Below are positions 10,999 to 24,805 of a DNA stretch of 64,000 nucleotides, in pieces. The translations under genes were made by a program, and so were the position numbers. This stretch comes from Hypanus sabinus. Taxonomy: Eukaryota. Under the pieces are notes generated by a model. It did no database searches. It was not told the origin of the DNA and was given only the letters and a program-made list of their open reading frames with translations. Position 1 is the first letter of the stretch; the number at the start of each line of letters is the position of its first letter. The stretch spans positions 23,312,001 to 23,376,000 of the forward strand of contig NC_082738.1 of assembly GCF_030144855.1 (NCBI RefSeq). The letters are read 5' to 3'.

Positions 10999-11605
10999 GT
11001 AAGTGGCACAAAAACACACTTCTTTTTGTACTGTTATTAACGTTTATGCTAATCAAGGTTGAAGGGAGTTCACATTGGGAATTGCAACAGTCAGTATTAG
11101 CACTAAGACTAGCCAAGCCATGTCCTGTTCCCACAGTCCCAGAAAACCAGAGCTGAAATCATTGAGTTTCTGAGTAATGTTGCCAGTTTAGCATGAAAGC
11201 ATATTTTCACCAGTTTCTGGATATCCAACTAAATTCCAGATCGAAATTGTGCTGAGCAGCAATGAAATGCAGTTGAAAGGTGGGTAATCTTGGTGCTTCA
11301 TGTAGCTGGACACTTTTACCAAAGGAAGCCCAACGGTGTGAGTAGGAATCCTACAATTTAATATTGAACACCCGCAGTTCTGCTGTATTGAAATCCTAGC
11401 ATTTATTTTAATGTTCTTAGCTCAATCTCTTCTGAAGTTACAATTTCAGCCCATCACATCCTCACTGACCATCAACCACACATTTACACTAATCTTTTTG
11501 TTAAACACATTTTATTCTCCTCACAATACCCACCAATGCAAGATTCCTCCCCTCACGCGTACTGGGGGCAATTTACAGTGGCCAATTAACATACCAACCT
11601 GTAGT

Positions 11606-11920
11606 AACACACAAAACGCTGGAGGGACTCAGCAGGTCAGGCCGTAACTACAGAAGAAAATGAACAGTCGACATTTCAGATGGAGGCCCTTCATCTACCT
11701 GGTATCACTTCCCAACTCTTTTTCCACCACACTGATGACTGCATCCTGCACCATGCTGAGTTTGTCAGTTTTATCAACTTTGCTACTAACTTCCAACTTG
11801 CCCTCATTCAAGGTCCATCTCTGAAACCTTTCTCCCCTTTCTTGATCAGTCTGCAGCTTGGAAGACAGACTATTAACTGACATCTACTTCAGGTGAAGAG
11901 TGTCGACCTGAAACAGTTTA
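11606..11920 (+). mobile_element. Penelope RT fragment with inverted terminal-repeat copy upstream
   Basis: SQLFFHHTDDCI (YIDD motif decayed) and FINFATNF. The terminal repeat at 11606-11694 is in the opposite orientation. Confidence 0.7.
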
Positions 11921-13029
11921 TCATTATCCTCCTTGCCATTCACAATACTGCCAGGTTTGTATCATCCACAATTTTAGAAATTATGACATACATTTCACTG
12001 TTTGCTTCCTCCATCTCAGAAGCAAGCATCCTCAACAACCTTCTTTTGTTCTAACTCTGTAACTGCCTTCATTCAACGGTCTGCATTTACGCTTCACCAG
12101 ATAGACCCATTATGATTGCCTTGCATTTGATTCCGTCTCTTAGCACTAAAAGTAATTGTGTTGCATGGACAACCTTGAATTGTCCCAGGTACTTCCTTTG
12201 TTGCTTCTACCCTCACCACTCTGTAATTTAAAGCCCGCAGTTTTACATCTTTTTCCAGTTCTGGTAAACAGTCCTTGAGCTGAAACATTAACTATTTCTC
12301 TCTCCGTAGATACTGCCTGATTTGAGGTGGCTTGATTGTTGGCAGAATCGATGGTTGTGAGTGGGGTGGTGATGAGCTGATGGTAGAAGCAGAGGTCACT
12401 AGTAGCGAGTGGAGGGATAGAGGTGTAATGAGTAGCGATAAAAGTTGAAAGACTTGCCTAGAAGGCCGTTGCCTCTGACAGCACTAGCCCAGGCAGGGTG
12501 GAAACCTTTAACCAGCTAGCTCAAGTTAACACCTGCTTCAGCGTTCCTGGGAGTTTGTGCACACAACAAAATTTTGTGTAGGCAATGTTTAACTTGCATA
12601 CGTGTCAACTGGCATGTCTTCACATGCTTAGCAACCATTGAGCATGAAGTGATGCACACAGATGTGCCAAGGTCAATTCTAGTACAGTCTTCTGCTTCAA
12701 GCATTAAGTCCATCTTAATCCTATGCCCTCTGGCTATTGACTATCCGCTCAAAAGGCATGAGTCCACTTTAACCTATCTGGGGCTTAAACATTGCTGCCT
12801 TTGTTTCACAGAAAACCTCACATGAATCAAATTCTGCTTGTAACTAAATTTGCCTGCCCTGGCTGCATTCTTGTGAATCTCTTCTACATCCTCTCTTGTG
12901 CTATTGTGTCCTTCCTATTGAATGATGATCATAGAGGTATATTGCAGTATTTGTCCAGTTCTAGCATGACCTTCCTGCTCTTTAATTCGATTCCTTAATC
13001 AATAATGGCAAGTGTCTCTGGTACCATCT

Positions 13030-13125
13030 AATGCACCAAATGCTGGAGGAATTCAGCAAGACTTTCAGCATCAATGGAGAGGAATAAACAGTCAATGTTT
13101 CAGGCTGAGACCCTTCATCAGGACT
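13030..13125 (-). mobile_element. Penelope terminal repeat (solo)
   Basis: aaatgctggaggaattcagc...aataaacagtcaatgtttcaggctgagacccttcatcaggact. Confidence 0.8.
13089..13125 (-). ncRNA. Minimal type-I hammerhead ribozyme motif, catalytic boxes intact
   Basis: Minus strand reads AGUC-CUGAUGA-A-GGGU CUCA GCCU-GAAAC-AUU-GACU: stem I, CUGAUGA box, stem II, GAAA box, NUH site. Confidence 0.7.
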
Positions 13126-13479
13126 TGTACCACATTGAATGCAATCCAGATAGATTCCCACTTATTTTGTCACCTTCCAGATGTTAAGGTTAAGGATATT
13201 TTGAAAAGGCTGGGAAATACTGGGGAAGGAGTGTGGGAGCCAAGTGTAGGGGAAAATGTTTCTTGTAATAATTTGAATATTAGGAATCAACACTTAAAAA
13301 AATAGTAATCTGCAGCTGAAGAAGTAATATTAGGGATGAGGCAGTACTCTGATTTGAGCCACTTGTTGGAGTTTTGGATAAAATATTTTTCCACAAGGAA
13401 GGGTTAATAAGTTAGGAAGAGATTAAATTGTGAAGTAACAAATTATTTAACTATGATGGGTGAACAGAGGAAAAATAAA

Positions 13480-14400
13480 GGCAATCACTTGAATGAGGAA
13501 GTGGAAGGGTGCGTGAGTAGTCTGCAGATAACACAAAGGTTGGTGGAGTTGTGGACAGTGTAGAAGGTTGTCATAGTTTACAATGGGATATAGACAGTGT
13601 GCAGAGCTGGGTGGAGAAGTGGCAGATGGAGTTCAATCCAGAAAAAAAGTGCAGTGATACGTTTTGGAAGGTCGAACTTGAATGCGAAGTATGAAGTTAT
13701 TGGCAAGATTCTTAGTGGTGTTAAGAGACAGACGGTTCTTAAGGTCCAAGTCCATAGATCCTTAAAGTTGATAGGGTGGTTAAATATGGTGTACTGGCCA
13801 TTATTAGTCAGGGTACTGAGTTTAAGAACTACGAAGTAATGTTGCCGTATTATAAATCTCTGGTTAGACCACACTTGTAATACTGTGTTCAGTTCTGAGC
13901 TCATTCTAGAAAGGATGTGGAAGCTTTGGAGAAGGTGCAGAGGAGATTTACCAGGACGTTGCCTGGATTAGAGAGCATATCTTATGAAGAAAGGTTGAGT
14001 GATCTAGGGCTTTTCTCTTTGGGTGAGAAAGATGAGAAGTGACTTGTTGGAGATGTATAAGATCATGACAGGTATAGACAGAGTGAATAGTCAACACCTT
14101 TTTCCCAGGGTGGCAATGGCTAATACCAGAGGACATCCGTTTATTGTGAGTGGAGAGAAGTTTAAGGGAAATGTCAGAGGTAAGTTTTCTTTTTACACAG
14201 AGTTGTAGATGCCTGAAACATACTGTCAAGAGTGATATCAGAGAATAATACAATAGGGACATTTAAGAGATTCTTAGATAGGCACAAATAAAAGGTTATG
14301 GGTTGTGTAAGAAAGAAGGGTTAGATCTAATGGGAGTAGGTTTATTTAGGTCAGCCCAACATCGTGTGTCAAAGGGTCTATACTGTGCTGTTCTATGTTA
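13480..14400 (+). mobile_element. CR1 LINE 3' portion
   Basis: gcagataacacaaag (FADDTK region), WQMEFN, LVRPHL.YCVQF, and a 3' UTR as in 2567-5766. Confidence 0.88.
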
Positions 14401-16304
14401 AAGATAAACAGATGTGTAGAAATTGTTAAGTTAAACATAGGACTAAAAATATCATAAGTGATTGGATGAAAAAAAAGTTGAGGTGAAAGATCAAGATGAA
14501 CTGTTATACGCAGGAATGAGAGTAAGATAACACAATGTGGACAAAATACCCAAGGGAAAAGAAGTAGCTTTAAATACAAACTTGGGAAAAGTCAGAGCTT
14601 GTTTTGTAAGTCTAAGAGTGTGGGAAGTTCAGTGGGGGTGTTAGAAACAATGATGTCACAGGAAGATGTAGATTTAAAATCACAAACAGAAACTTGACAG
14701 CAACGTCAGCAGGACTGGAAAATAAACAATAAGTTTTGGGAAGGATAGAATAGGTAATGAAGGAGGAGGGGTGTTAGCAACATTGATGGAGGATGGAAAG
14801 CCACTATGGACAGGATTGCCATACACAAAGGAGGTACAAATAGAGTCAGTATGGGCGTGAGATTATGGATAAATTGTAACCTTTACGTTTGTGGGATTGC
14901 ACTAGGAAACTAATTGTGGAAGGGAAATGGCAGAGGAAATCAGTAAACAGAGCAAGGAAATGACAAAATTACCGTTCCAGGAGATCTTAATGACCTACTT
15001 GTTGACTGGCACAGGGAAGGAATAAGCTAGGAAAAAAAATGGAACTCCTGCTACTTGTGTTGGTCTCCTTCCTAGAACAGTGTGTCCATGATGTGACAAA
15101 GAGTCTTGACTACCTCTAGTGACAACAGATGCTGCTGATCGGATAAATTACTTAAATGTGGTGAACATTAGAAAAGGAAACATGCGAGAATGTCAAAGGT
15201 CCAAATTGAAAGGGAAAAGTTAGCACTAAAAGAACAGATTTTAGTAAGACAAGTGAGTTAGCTAAAGTGAAATGAAAATTGCTATACATTAGATTACAGA
15301 ACTGCAAAATATATACCATTCGAAAAGCGTACTACCAGCACTGCACGTCTTCAACTGTATCTGTAACACTATTCTGCATTCAGTTGCTGCCTTCCCATTG
15401 TTCTCCTTCAATTTGGTTGCATTTTGAGATGATCTGTATGGATGGCACACAAAACATTTTTCCACTATATTTCAGTACATATGACAATAATAGTTTAATT
15501 GCCAGTTAGTCAATATGTTTTAGGTTATTGGTTGGGGAGTATGATTGTTATAAAGATTTAGCATAGCAATCTTGCTATATAGTATGTGCCTATATTACCG
15601 CAGCTCAGAATTTTTTTTTCTAAATATTAGTCTACCACCTTCAGAGATTTAAGTAGATGACCTATAGATCTTTCCATTCCTGTGTTCCTTTTAAACTGTT
15701 AGCATTGCTTCTCCTCATTTTCACATTTTTGTGTCCCGCATTTTGTGTAATGGTTAACTTATTGGAGTTAACTTACCAGAGTTGTATGGACCATTGACCC
15801 TCAACCATAAGTTCAAATCACAGCATACAAATTGGGGAACTTAAATTCAAGTAATTAATTTAGAATTGAAAAAATATTCATCAAGTCTCAGTGATGATGA
15901 CTGAGAGACACAGCAGATTGTAGTAAGAAATCCCTTTCGGGGAAGGATAGCTACCCTAATCTGTTCTGCTCTATATGTAACTCCAAGCTCTCCAATCTGG
16001 TTGATGCGTAATTTAGTACAGAGATGATTAGGATGGAAAATAAATGCTGGCATTGCAGGGATGTCCACATCCAGTGAGCAAAGCAACTAAAAATACAAAT
16101 AATTATATTTCAAGTGTAATGTAGCGTCACTTTTCACCAGTCCCTCTCCTCCCAGTAAATCCTCATAACCAATTTTAGATAGGCCCCCCTAGTTACTTGG
16201 TTTATCCTTCTGTGTTTTTTTTGAAGCAGCAGGATTGTAACATGAACTCAATGTTTGTTTAAATGGACTGACTGGAGCCATGGTTCTAATACAAAATATG
16301 GTTT

Positions 16305-16742
16305 AGAAAAGATTTACCAGATGTGCCTAGACTAAAACGAAGAGTTACAGGGACAGGTTGGCCGGACTAAGTCTTTATTCCTTGGAGCATAGGAGAATGA
16401 GGGTTGCATTATAGAAATGTTTAAAATTATGAGCAGCATCGATAATGTGGATGGTAAGTCTTCTCCCCAGGGTAGGGTAAGCTAAAATCAGGGGCATAGA
16501 TTTGGGTTAAACGGGGAAAGATTTAAAAGGGACCCGAGGGACAGCTTCTTCATGTGGAGGGTGATGAGTACATGGAATGAGGCAGGTACAGTAGTTTCTC
16601 TAAGAAGCGCTTGGATAGGTACACGGAGGGGTGGGGCATGCAGGGATATGTCGTATGCAAGAAATTGGGACTAGCTCAGTGGGCACTGTGGTTGGCATGG
16701 ACTTGTTGGGCCAAAGAGCCTGTAACCATGCTATATTGTTCT
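16305..16742 (+). mobile_element. CR1 3' fragment
   Basis: LYSLEHRRMR motif and 3' hairpin tail gttgggccaaagagcctgt. Confidence 0.75.
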
Positions 16743-17914
16743 GACACCAGAGCAACGTAACCTAAACGTTCTGAAAATGTATCCACAGTAGTACTTCACG
16801 AGAAATAGAGTTCTGTCCCTGTCATGAACAATGTTAAAAAAACACTTTCTCCCCTGTCCCCCAATTTCCACCATCAATATTGATACCCCTGTTAATTACA
16901 ATCAGTAAGCCCTTCAATAACTATATTTTCCCATAACCAATTACATTAACTATTCACTGTTGTTATCACCTCTCTTTCAGTATACAAAATGAGAGCCAGA
17001 CTCCAACCTATCCACTTCATTGCCAATGCTGTAGATAATCTGAAGTCTTTCAAGGGAAGATGTGATGTGTAATAGCCAAGAGGAATTAGGCAAATTGATC
17101 ACTGGGTTTCCAGTTGGTAACTTTAACTTTGCCAAGTCGAATTCCACTGTTTCATCATTGAGTAAACATGTAGAAGTTGAGGTATAGATCAGTCTTGATC
17201 TGATTAATTAATGGAACATGATTGAAGAGTTGAATGGTCTCCTCTTGTTCATCTGATGTTGTAAATGGAAAAGAAAATTAGCTACAGATTGTTTCGAGGC
17301 ATAGCAAAAAGATGCCTTTTGGAAAAATAAACTCATCATGCTTTCAGATTTTCTTACCATTTTCTGCTAAAATGTCATCCTATTTATTTTTGCAGTATCA
17401 TATTTTAAACAGTGGAAAATATTGCAGTACTTTTAATTTTGACAGTTTCTTTTCTGGCTTTTCTCCTCTCCAGTCTCCTTTAACAAATACATTGTCTCCT
17501 GCTGTGGTGCAGTCCTACAGCTGACAAGCTCCTGTAGCCAGACAGTGACACAGGTGACAAATCTCTGCAGTATCATCCTGCGGGTAACCATCTCCTGCGG
17601 CAATAAAGTTTGATGGGTGACAAACTCCTGCTGTCATGCAGTGCCAAGGTTTACAGATAAGACAGAAGTCAATGGGAAAGCAAGTTGTAAGGGAAATGAG
17701 ATGTAGCAGGGTACAAGAGTTGCCAAATGGAATGTGGAATAGTGAAATGACAAGTTATCCAGGTTGGTTGGCAAAACTGAAAAGCAGAATATATAAAAAG
17801 AGATGAGACAGGAATTCTATTTAGAGGAAGCCATGTTTTCTTGAACATTGTCACATGCCCCAGTTAAAGTATAGTGTACAATGAGAAAGCAAGAGCTGTG
17901 ATAACTTTTATCAG

Positions 17915-18430
17915 GGTGATAGCATATCCTCCTCGCTGACGATGAACACTGGTGCACCTCGGGTGTGTGCTTAGCCCACTGCTCTACTCTCTATATACAC
18001 ATGAGTGTGTGGTTAGGCATAGCTCAAATACCATCTATAAATTTGCTGATGATACAACCATTGTTGGAAGAATCTCAGGTGGTGATGAGAAGGCGTACAG
18101 GAGTGAGATATGCCAAATAGCGGAATGGTGCCACAGCGACATGCTGGCACTCAACATCAGTAAGACGAAAGAGCTGATTGTGAACTTCGGGAAGGGTAAG
18201 ACGAAGGAACAAATACCAATCCTTATAGAGGGATCAGAAGTGGACAGAGTGAGCAGCTTCAAGTTCCTGGGTGTCAAGATCTCTGAGGATCTAACCTGGT
18301 CCTAACATATTGTTGTAGTCGTAAAGAAGGCAAGACAGTGGCTATACTTTATTAGGAGTTTGAAGGGATTTGGCATGTCAACAAATACACTCAAAAATTT
18401 CTACAGTTTTACCATGGAGAGCATTCTGAC
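17915..18430 (+). mobile_element. Rex-Babar RT fragment lacking its 3' end
   Basis: [42 protein letters not shown]. Same family as 46632-49234. Confidence 0.88.
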
Positions 18431-18584
18431 TGACAAGAGAAGCAGGGGAATACAGGTCAGCTAGCTTATCAGTCATATAGGAATCTGTTATTAAGAAATG
18501 ATAGCATGATACTTGGAAAAACTCGTGACTAAGCAGAGTTGATGAGGTTTCCTGGAAAGAGAAATGTTGTTGAATGATTTTCTT

Positions 18585-19333
18585 AGACGAAAGAGCTCAT
18601 TGTGGACTTCAGGAAGAGTAAGAAGGAGGAACACTGACCAATCCTCATAGAGGGATCAGAAGTGGAGAGAGTGAGCAGCGTCAAGATCTCTGATGATCTA
18701 ACCTGGTCCCAACATATCGATGTTGTTATAAAGAAGGAAATACAGCGGCTTTACTTTATTAGGAGTTTGAAGAGATTTGGCCTGTCAACAAATACACTCA
18801 AAAACTTCTATAGATGTACCGTGGAGAGCATTCTGACAGGCTGCATCATTATCTGGTATGGAGGAACTACTGCACAGGACTGAAAGAAGCTGCAGAAGGT
18901 TGTAAATCTAGTCAGCTCCATCTTGGGTACTAGCGTACAAAGTACCCAGGACATCATTAGGGAGCGGCCTTTATTAAAGACCTCTAGCACCCAGGGCATG
19001 CCCTTTTCTCACTGTTACTTATCAGGTAGGAGATACAGAAGCCTGAAGGCACACACTCAGTGATTCAGGAATAGCTTTTTCCCCTCTGCCATCTGATTCC
19101 TAAATGGACATTGAAGCTTTGGATACTATCTCACTTTTTTAAAATACAGTATTTCTGTTTTTGCACATTTTTAATCTATTCAATATACATAATGGAATAA
19201 CTTTATGTACTATAATTATTTTTATTTTATTTATTATTTTTCTCTCTCTGCTATATTATGTATTGCAATGAACTGCTACTGCTAAGTTAACAAATTTCAC
19301 GTCACATGCCGGAGATAATAAACCTGATTCTGA
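18585..19333 (+). mobile_element. Rex-Babar 3' end
   Basis: QRLYFIRSLKRFG, VESILTGCI..WYG, then AATAAA and cctgattctgat tail. Confidence 0.88.
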
Positions 19334-19639
19334 TCTGAGATCATTAAAAGAACTCTACTACAATTATATAGAGCCATGGGGCAACCATGTCATCAGCACC
19401 CCATTGTTTGGCCGATTATCTAAATTTATATGCTAAGAACAACTCCATTCTGTCCTTTACAAGTACTGGTGCCATTAAGGCTTTGACGCCCTTCTCAAAG
19501 TGTAGTATCTAAGAATGCACCATAATACCTCAGTGCAACATAGTCTATGCTCATAAAGTTTTTGAACTTCTGTACTTTGCATCATATCTTTATTTGTAAA
19601 CAACAGATTTTGAAAGCTTTTTTTTAAACAGGCTTCTCA

Positions 19640-20300
19640 ACTTTCTTGCCATCTCCAAGGTACATCCCAAGATCCCTTTATCCCTTTATACTTGTACTAT
19701 TTAGTTTACCTTACCACTTCATGTCTTGTCAAAAAACATTTCACACTCCCTTGCCTTAATTTTAACGTGATGTGATTCTGCCCAATTCATGTCTGTTTCT
19801 ATCCTTATGATGTGTTTATGATTCCCTATACACTGATTTCTGAGTTTTCTGATATCTGCAAACATTAAAATTCTGCTCTTTGAACCCAGTTCAAGTCATT
19901 AATATATCAAATGATACCTCAAACGTCTACTCTTCTCTTCAATCTGGAAAAACAGCTTCCCCTTTCTGCTTTCTAGTCCCTAGCCAATTTTACAATCATT
20001 GGGGTAGCTATCCCTTAATCCCACAGACTTTAATTTTGCTAATAAGTATTATTATGTGATACTTTATTAAACACCTTTTGGAAGTTCATATGCAGCATAT
20101 TTACTGCATTGCCCCCATTGTTACTTCAAAGAATTTAATCATTAGTCAAATGTAATTAACAATTCCCTGCAGGGTTTCATTTAGCAACCCGTAGTTTTCC
20201 ACATGCCAATTGATTTTGTAATGGATTCTTGCCTGTAATGTTTTCCCACTGATACTGCTTCTTAGACAGTAATTTAAAGTTGATTTTATCCTTCTCAGCC
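19640..20300 (-). mobile_element. Old CR1 RT fragment
   Basis: Reverse-strand remnants (atatctgcaaac = FAD; aaacaccttttggaagttc = DFQKxF). Confidence 0.5.
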
Positions 20301-21079
20301 TTTGTTGTAAATGGGGAGAAAGATAAAATCAACTTTTATCCTTCACCACCTCTAGTTTTTGAGTCCTGTGGCACCACTTCCAAATCTAGATGGATCAGAA
20401 GATTGTGGTCAGACCTCCATAACTTCCATCCTTTCTTCCCTATCTTGACAAATGAGTTGTCTACTTTAAGTGCTGTCAATCTTGTAAGTAACTTTTCAAG
20501 CCAGGAAAATGAAGTACTAACTTAAGCTATTAAAGCATTTTATAACAGACCACTTAGGAAATTTCAAAGTAATCCAGCAAAGTCAACGTGGTTTTGTGAA
20601 ATAAATCATATTTAATCTTTGAAGAAATAACATGCTGTCAATATCGTTGGATGGATCATACTGATACAATCTTTAAAATCACAACTCTTTTCATACTTGT
20701 GTTATCAATCCCAATGTGAACAATGATTCTTTCTGTTCCTCTTCCCGTAACTGGTCTGGCTGGAAATAGGCAGGAATTGACTTCTGGTGGTGTGGTTGAT
20801 CTTTTGTGGTATAACATTGTTTCATTGATCAATGCCTCCTAATACTGTCAACGTATTTTCCACAATATTTCCAAAATACTCAATGGTTAGGAATATCACA
20901 TGCTCAAATTTTTCCATTTGAGCCAGCTTTCTATGATCAACCACTGCCTAGCTACTGCTGTACCAGTGATTTCTGCTGGAGGGATGCTGTTGTATGGAAT
21001 AACCAGTGGGTGGGAGGGGTATATTTGAAGAATTTATATTTTTAGCCTTGGATGATAAGATGGTTTTAAAGTATCCTAG

Positions 21080-21390
21080 ATTATAGAACACTACGGACCC
21101 TTTTGACCTACAATGTTGTGCTGACCTTTTAACCTACTCTAAGATCACTCTAACCCTTTGATCCAGCATAAACCTCCATTTTTCTATCATCCACGTGTCT
21201 AAGAGTTTCTTAAATGTATCTGACTCTACCACCATCCTTGGCATGGTATTCCATGCATCCACCATTCTGTTTTTTAAAAAAAAATTACCTCTGACATGCT
21301 CTATATTTTCCTCCAAACACCTTAAAATTACATCTCCTGGCATAAGCCATTTCCACTCTGTCTATGCCTCTTATTACCTTGTATACTTAT
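21080..21390 (-). mobile_element. CR1 3' fragment
   Basis: VRGNFF..RMVDAWN.MP.MVVE and the CR1 3' UTR. Confidence 0.75.
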
Positions 21391-21789
21391 AAAAAATTGC
21401 TCTCATCCAAGAACTCTGATTGCTGTTCACTGTGGAAACGAGATAGTGAGCAATTGTCTCCCTGGTATCAGTACATAAGAATTATGCCTCAGTTGATAGA
21501 TGTTTCTCCAGAAATGCTAACATATTTCAGGAAGACAATTAAAATACTGAAAATTCGCAAATTGAAATGTTGAATTTACTGATCTCACTGGCTTGCATAT
21601 GATGCGTTTGCTACTCCACGGATCTCCTGCAATCATGCCGTAGAGCCGGAGGCAGACTTTAATCAGAAGCCAGGGCCTGAAAGGGATCTAGGAAGCAATA
21701 TGCTTTCAGTCACTGCACAATATTGGGGGCAGTTATCTGCTTTCCTGTTGGCATTTTGTGGACAAAGTTGATTTGAATTGTAATGTAAG

Positions 21790-22045
21790 AAATGTAACAG
21801 CCAAATTACACATCGCAAGGTACCACAAACAGCCAGGAATTAAGTTGCTAACTGGGTTCAGTGATGTCAATTAAAGAATAATTGTTGGTCAGTCCACTAA
21901 AGACAACTTCTTTGCTGCTCTTCAAATAGTTCATTTACTTCTACACAGATGGCGCCTCGATTTAACTCCTCTTCTGAAAGTGGGTCTCTTCATTCAGTAC
22001 AATGATGGGAATGTTAATCTAGATTACATACTTAAATCTCTTGAG
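21790..22045 (-). mobile_element. SacSINE1/Deu-SINE-like ancient SINE
   Basis: gctcttcaaatagt..cagatggcgcctcgatttaac..tctgaaag..ctagatt..aaatctcttgagtg resembles the reverse of the Deu domain. Confidence 0.6.
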
Positions 22046-22159
22046 TGTAAATCATACTCCAGTCTTGTCAATTTTCCAGCAAGATCACATCATATCCATA
22101 AATCCTAAATGTAGAATGGATTTGGCTTTTCTTTTGAAATAATGGTAATGCATGCTTCC

Positions 22160-22525
22160 TTACATTTTTTTTTCCACTCATGGAAATCACTGGCAAGGCA
22201 ATGTTTACCATCCATTCTTAAATGCCCCTTGAGAAGATGATAGTGAGCTATTATCTTGAACCACTGCAATCCTTTTGGTAAGGTACCCCTGCAATGCTAT
22301 CTGGAAGTGAGTTTCTGGATTTAGACTTGTCGGAGATGAAGGAATGGTGATGATGTTGTGCATCCTGTAGGTGCTGGTGCTCCCATGTCCACTTTGATAG
22401 TAGAGATTGGGGATTTGGGAGGTCCTTTTGAAGTAGCCTGGGTGAGTTACTGCAGTGGATTTTGTATGTGGTATATACTGCAGCCACTGTGCTCTGCTGC
22501 TGGAGGGCAGTGGATGTAAGGTGGT
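22160..22525 (-). mobile_element. Old CR1-like LINE 3' end (second family)
   Basis: cactggcaaggc..ccattc..gccccttgagaag..cttgaaccactgc. Translation AAVYTTYKIHCSNSPRLLQKDLPNP. Related pieces at about 15800-16080, 46140-46460 and 60120-60360. Confidence 0.6.
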
Positions 22526-22644
22526 GCTACTGAAGCAGGCTGCTTTTAAATGAGTTGGTAATATGCATAGTGAAGCTCATCTCTATTAGGAACATCGTGT
22601 GAAAAAAAAAAACAAATTTTGAATGATGCCAGGGTTGAGATTTA

Positions 22645-24805
22645 GAAATTGAACCTGCATCTAGCACTTGTGCTGCAAGCTTGTTCCACACTCTCACCAT
22701 CCTCTGAGTGAAGAAGTTTCTTCTCATGTTCCCCTTCAAATATTCCACCTTACACCCTTAACCCATGGCCTCTAGTAGTCTCACCCAATCACTGGAAAAA
22801 GCTAACTTGTATTTACCCTATATACCCCTCATAATTTTGTGTACCACTATAAAATCTCCCCTCAATCTTCCACATTCCAGGGAATAATGTCCTAACCTTT
22901 TCAACCTTTCCCTCAAACTCAGGTCCTCAAGTCCCAGCGACATCCTTGCAAAAATTTCTCTGTACTCTTTCAATCTTCTTTTTATCTTTCCTGTATGCAG
23001 AGGACCAAAACTGCACACAATACTCCAGATTAGGCCTCACCAACACCCTAACTCCTGTACTCAATACATTTATGAAACCCAATATTAGGAAAGCTTTCTT
23101 TATAACCCTATCTACCTGTGATGCTACTTTCAAGGAATTATAGATCTGTATTCCCGGATCCCTTTGTTCTACCACACTCCTCAGTGCCTTAATCATTCAC
23201 CATGTAAGATCTATGCTGGTTGGTCCTCCCAAAGTGCAAGACCTCACTCTTGTCTCTATTAAATTCCATCTACCATTTTTCAGCCCATTTTTCCAGCTGG
23301 TCCAGATCCCACTGCAAGCTTTGGCCTTCCTCTCTATGCACTACACCCTAATCTTGGTGTCATCCACAAATTTGATGATCCAGTTTATTATATTGAATTG
23401 ACTTTATTACTTACATTCGTCATATACATGAGGAGTAAAAATCTTTACGATACATCTCCATCGAAATGTGAAATTTATAATCATTTGTAATGATTAGTAT
23501 GTGCAACAGGACACTCAATATAACATAGAAATACAATTATATCAGCATGAGTTAATCAGTCTGATGGCCTGGTGGAAGAAGCTGTCCCGAAGCTTATTGG
23601 TTCTGGCTTTTATACTGTGGTACTGTTTCCCGGATGGTAGCAGCTAGAACAGTTTGTGGTTGGGGTGACTCGGGTCCCCAATGATCCTTTGGGTCCTTTT
23701 TACCCACCTGTCTTTGTAAATGTCCTGAATAGTGGGAAGTTCACATCTTCAGATGTGGTGGGCTGTCCACACCACTCTCTGAAGAGTCCTGTGATTAAGG
23801 GAGGTAGAGTTCCCATACCAGGCAGTAATGCAGCCAGTCAGGATGCCCTCAATTGTGCCCCTGCAGAAAGTTATTGGGGGTTTGGGGGCCCATACCAAAC
23901 TTCTTCAACCATCTGAGGTGAAAGAGGCACCGTTGTGACTTTTTTTACCACACTATCAGTATGTGCAGACCACGAGATATCCTCGGTGATGTGTATGCCG
24001 AGGATTTTAAGGCTGTTCACCCTCTCAACCCCAGATCCATTGATGTCAGTAGGGGTTAGTCTGTCTCCATTCCTCCTGTAGTCCACAACCAGCTTCTTTG
24101 TTTTTGCGACGTTGAGGGAGAGGTTGTTTTCTTGACACCACTGTGTCAAGGTGATGACTACTTCTCTGTTGGTTGCCTCGTTATTATTTGAGATAAGGCC
24201 AATCAATGTAATATCATCAGCAAATTTGATTAGCAGATTGAAGCTGTGGGTGGTGACACAGATCATCCAGATCGTTGATATAGATGACAGACAACAGACC
24301 CAGCACTGATCCCTGTGGCACACAACTAATCACAGGCCTCTAGTCAGAAAGGCAACCATCTACTACCATAAAAACCGATGTCTAATACAATTTACTACCT
24401 ATCTTGCTAGAGTACATGCAGACAACAACCACTGCCTGGCCTTCATCCACTTTCCTGGTAACTTCCTCGAGCAACTCTGCAAGGTTGGTTAGACATGATC
24501 TACCATGCACAAAGCCTTGTTGACTATCCCTAATCAGTCCATGTCTATCCAAATACATATATACATACACAGTTCCTTAGAATACCTTCCAATAACTTTC
24601 CCACTAGTGATGTCAGGCTCACTGGCCTATAATTTCCTGGCTTATTCTTAGAGCCTTTCTCGAACAATGAAACAACATTAGCTATCCTCCAATCTTCTAG
24701 CAGCTTATTCATGGCTAATAATGTTTTAAATATCTCTGCTAGGGCCCCTACAATTTCTGTACTAGCCTCCCACAGGGTCCAAGGGAACATCATGTCGAGC
24801 CTTGG
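22645..24805 (-). mobile_element. CR1 ORF2 fragment interrupted by a Rex-Babar insert
   Basis: EDWRIANVVSLFEKG..NYRPVSLTS, QQGFVHGRSCLTNL, LVRPNLEYCVQFWS. The sequence is contiguous across the 23395-24261 insert. Confidence 0.88.
23395..24261 (-). mobile_element. Rex-Babar 3' portion nested in CR1
   Basis: LIKFADDITLIGLI, WCQENNLSLNVAKTKKLVVD, and AATAAA + gtcaattcaa tail on the minus strand. Confidence 0.85.

Noticed and set aside
10968-11156. ORF-track ORF overlapping the SPRYD3 exon end
   Set aside because: It is in a different frame and runs through the GTAAGT donor into the intron.
17520-17640. CRISPR-like repeat-spacer array
   Set aside because: Vertebrate context, short degenerate repeats and no cas genes.
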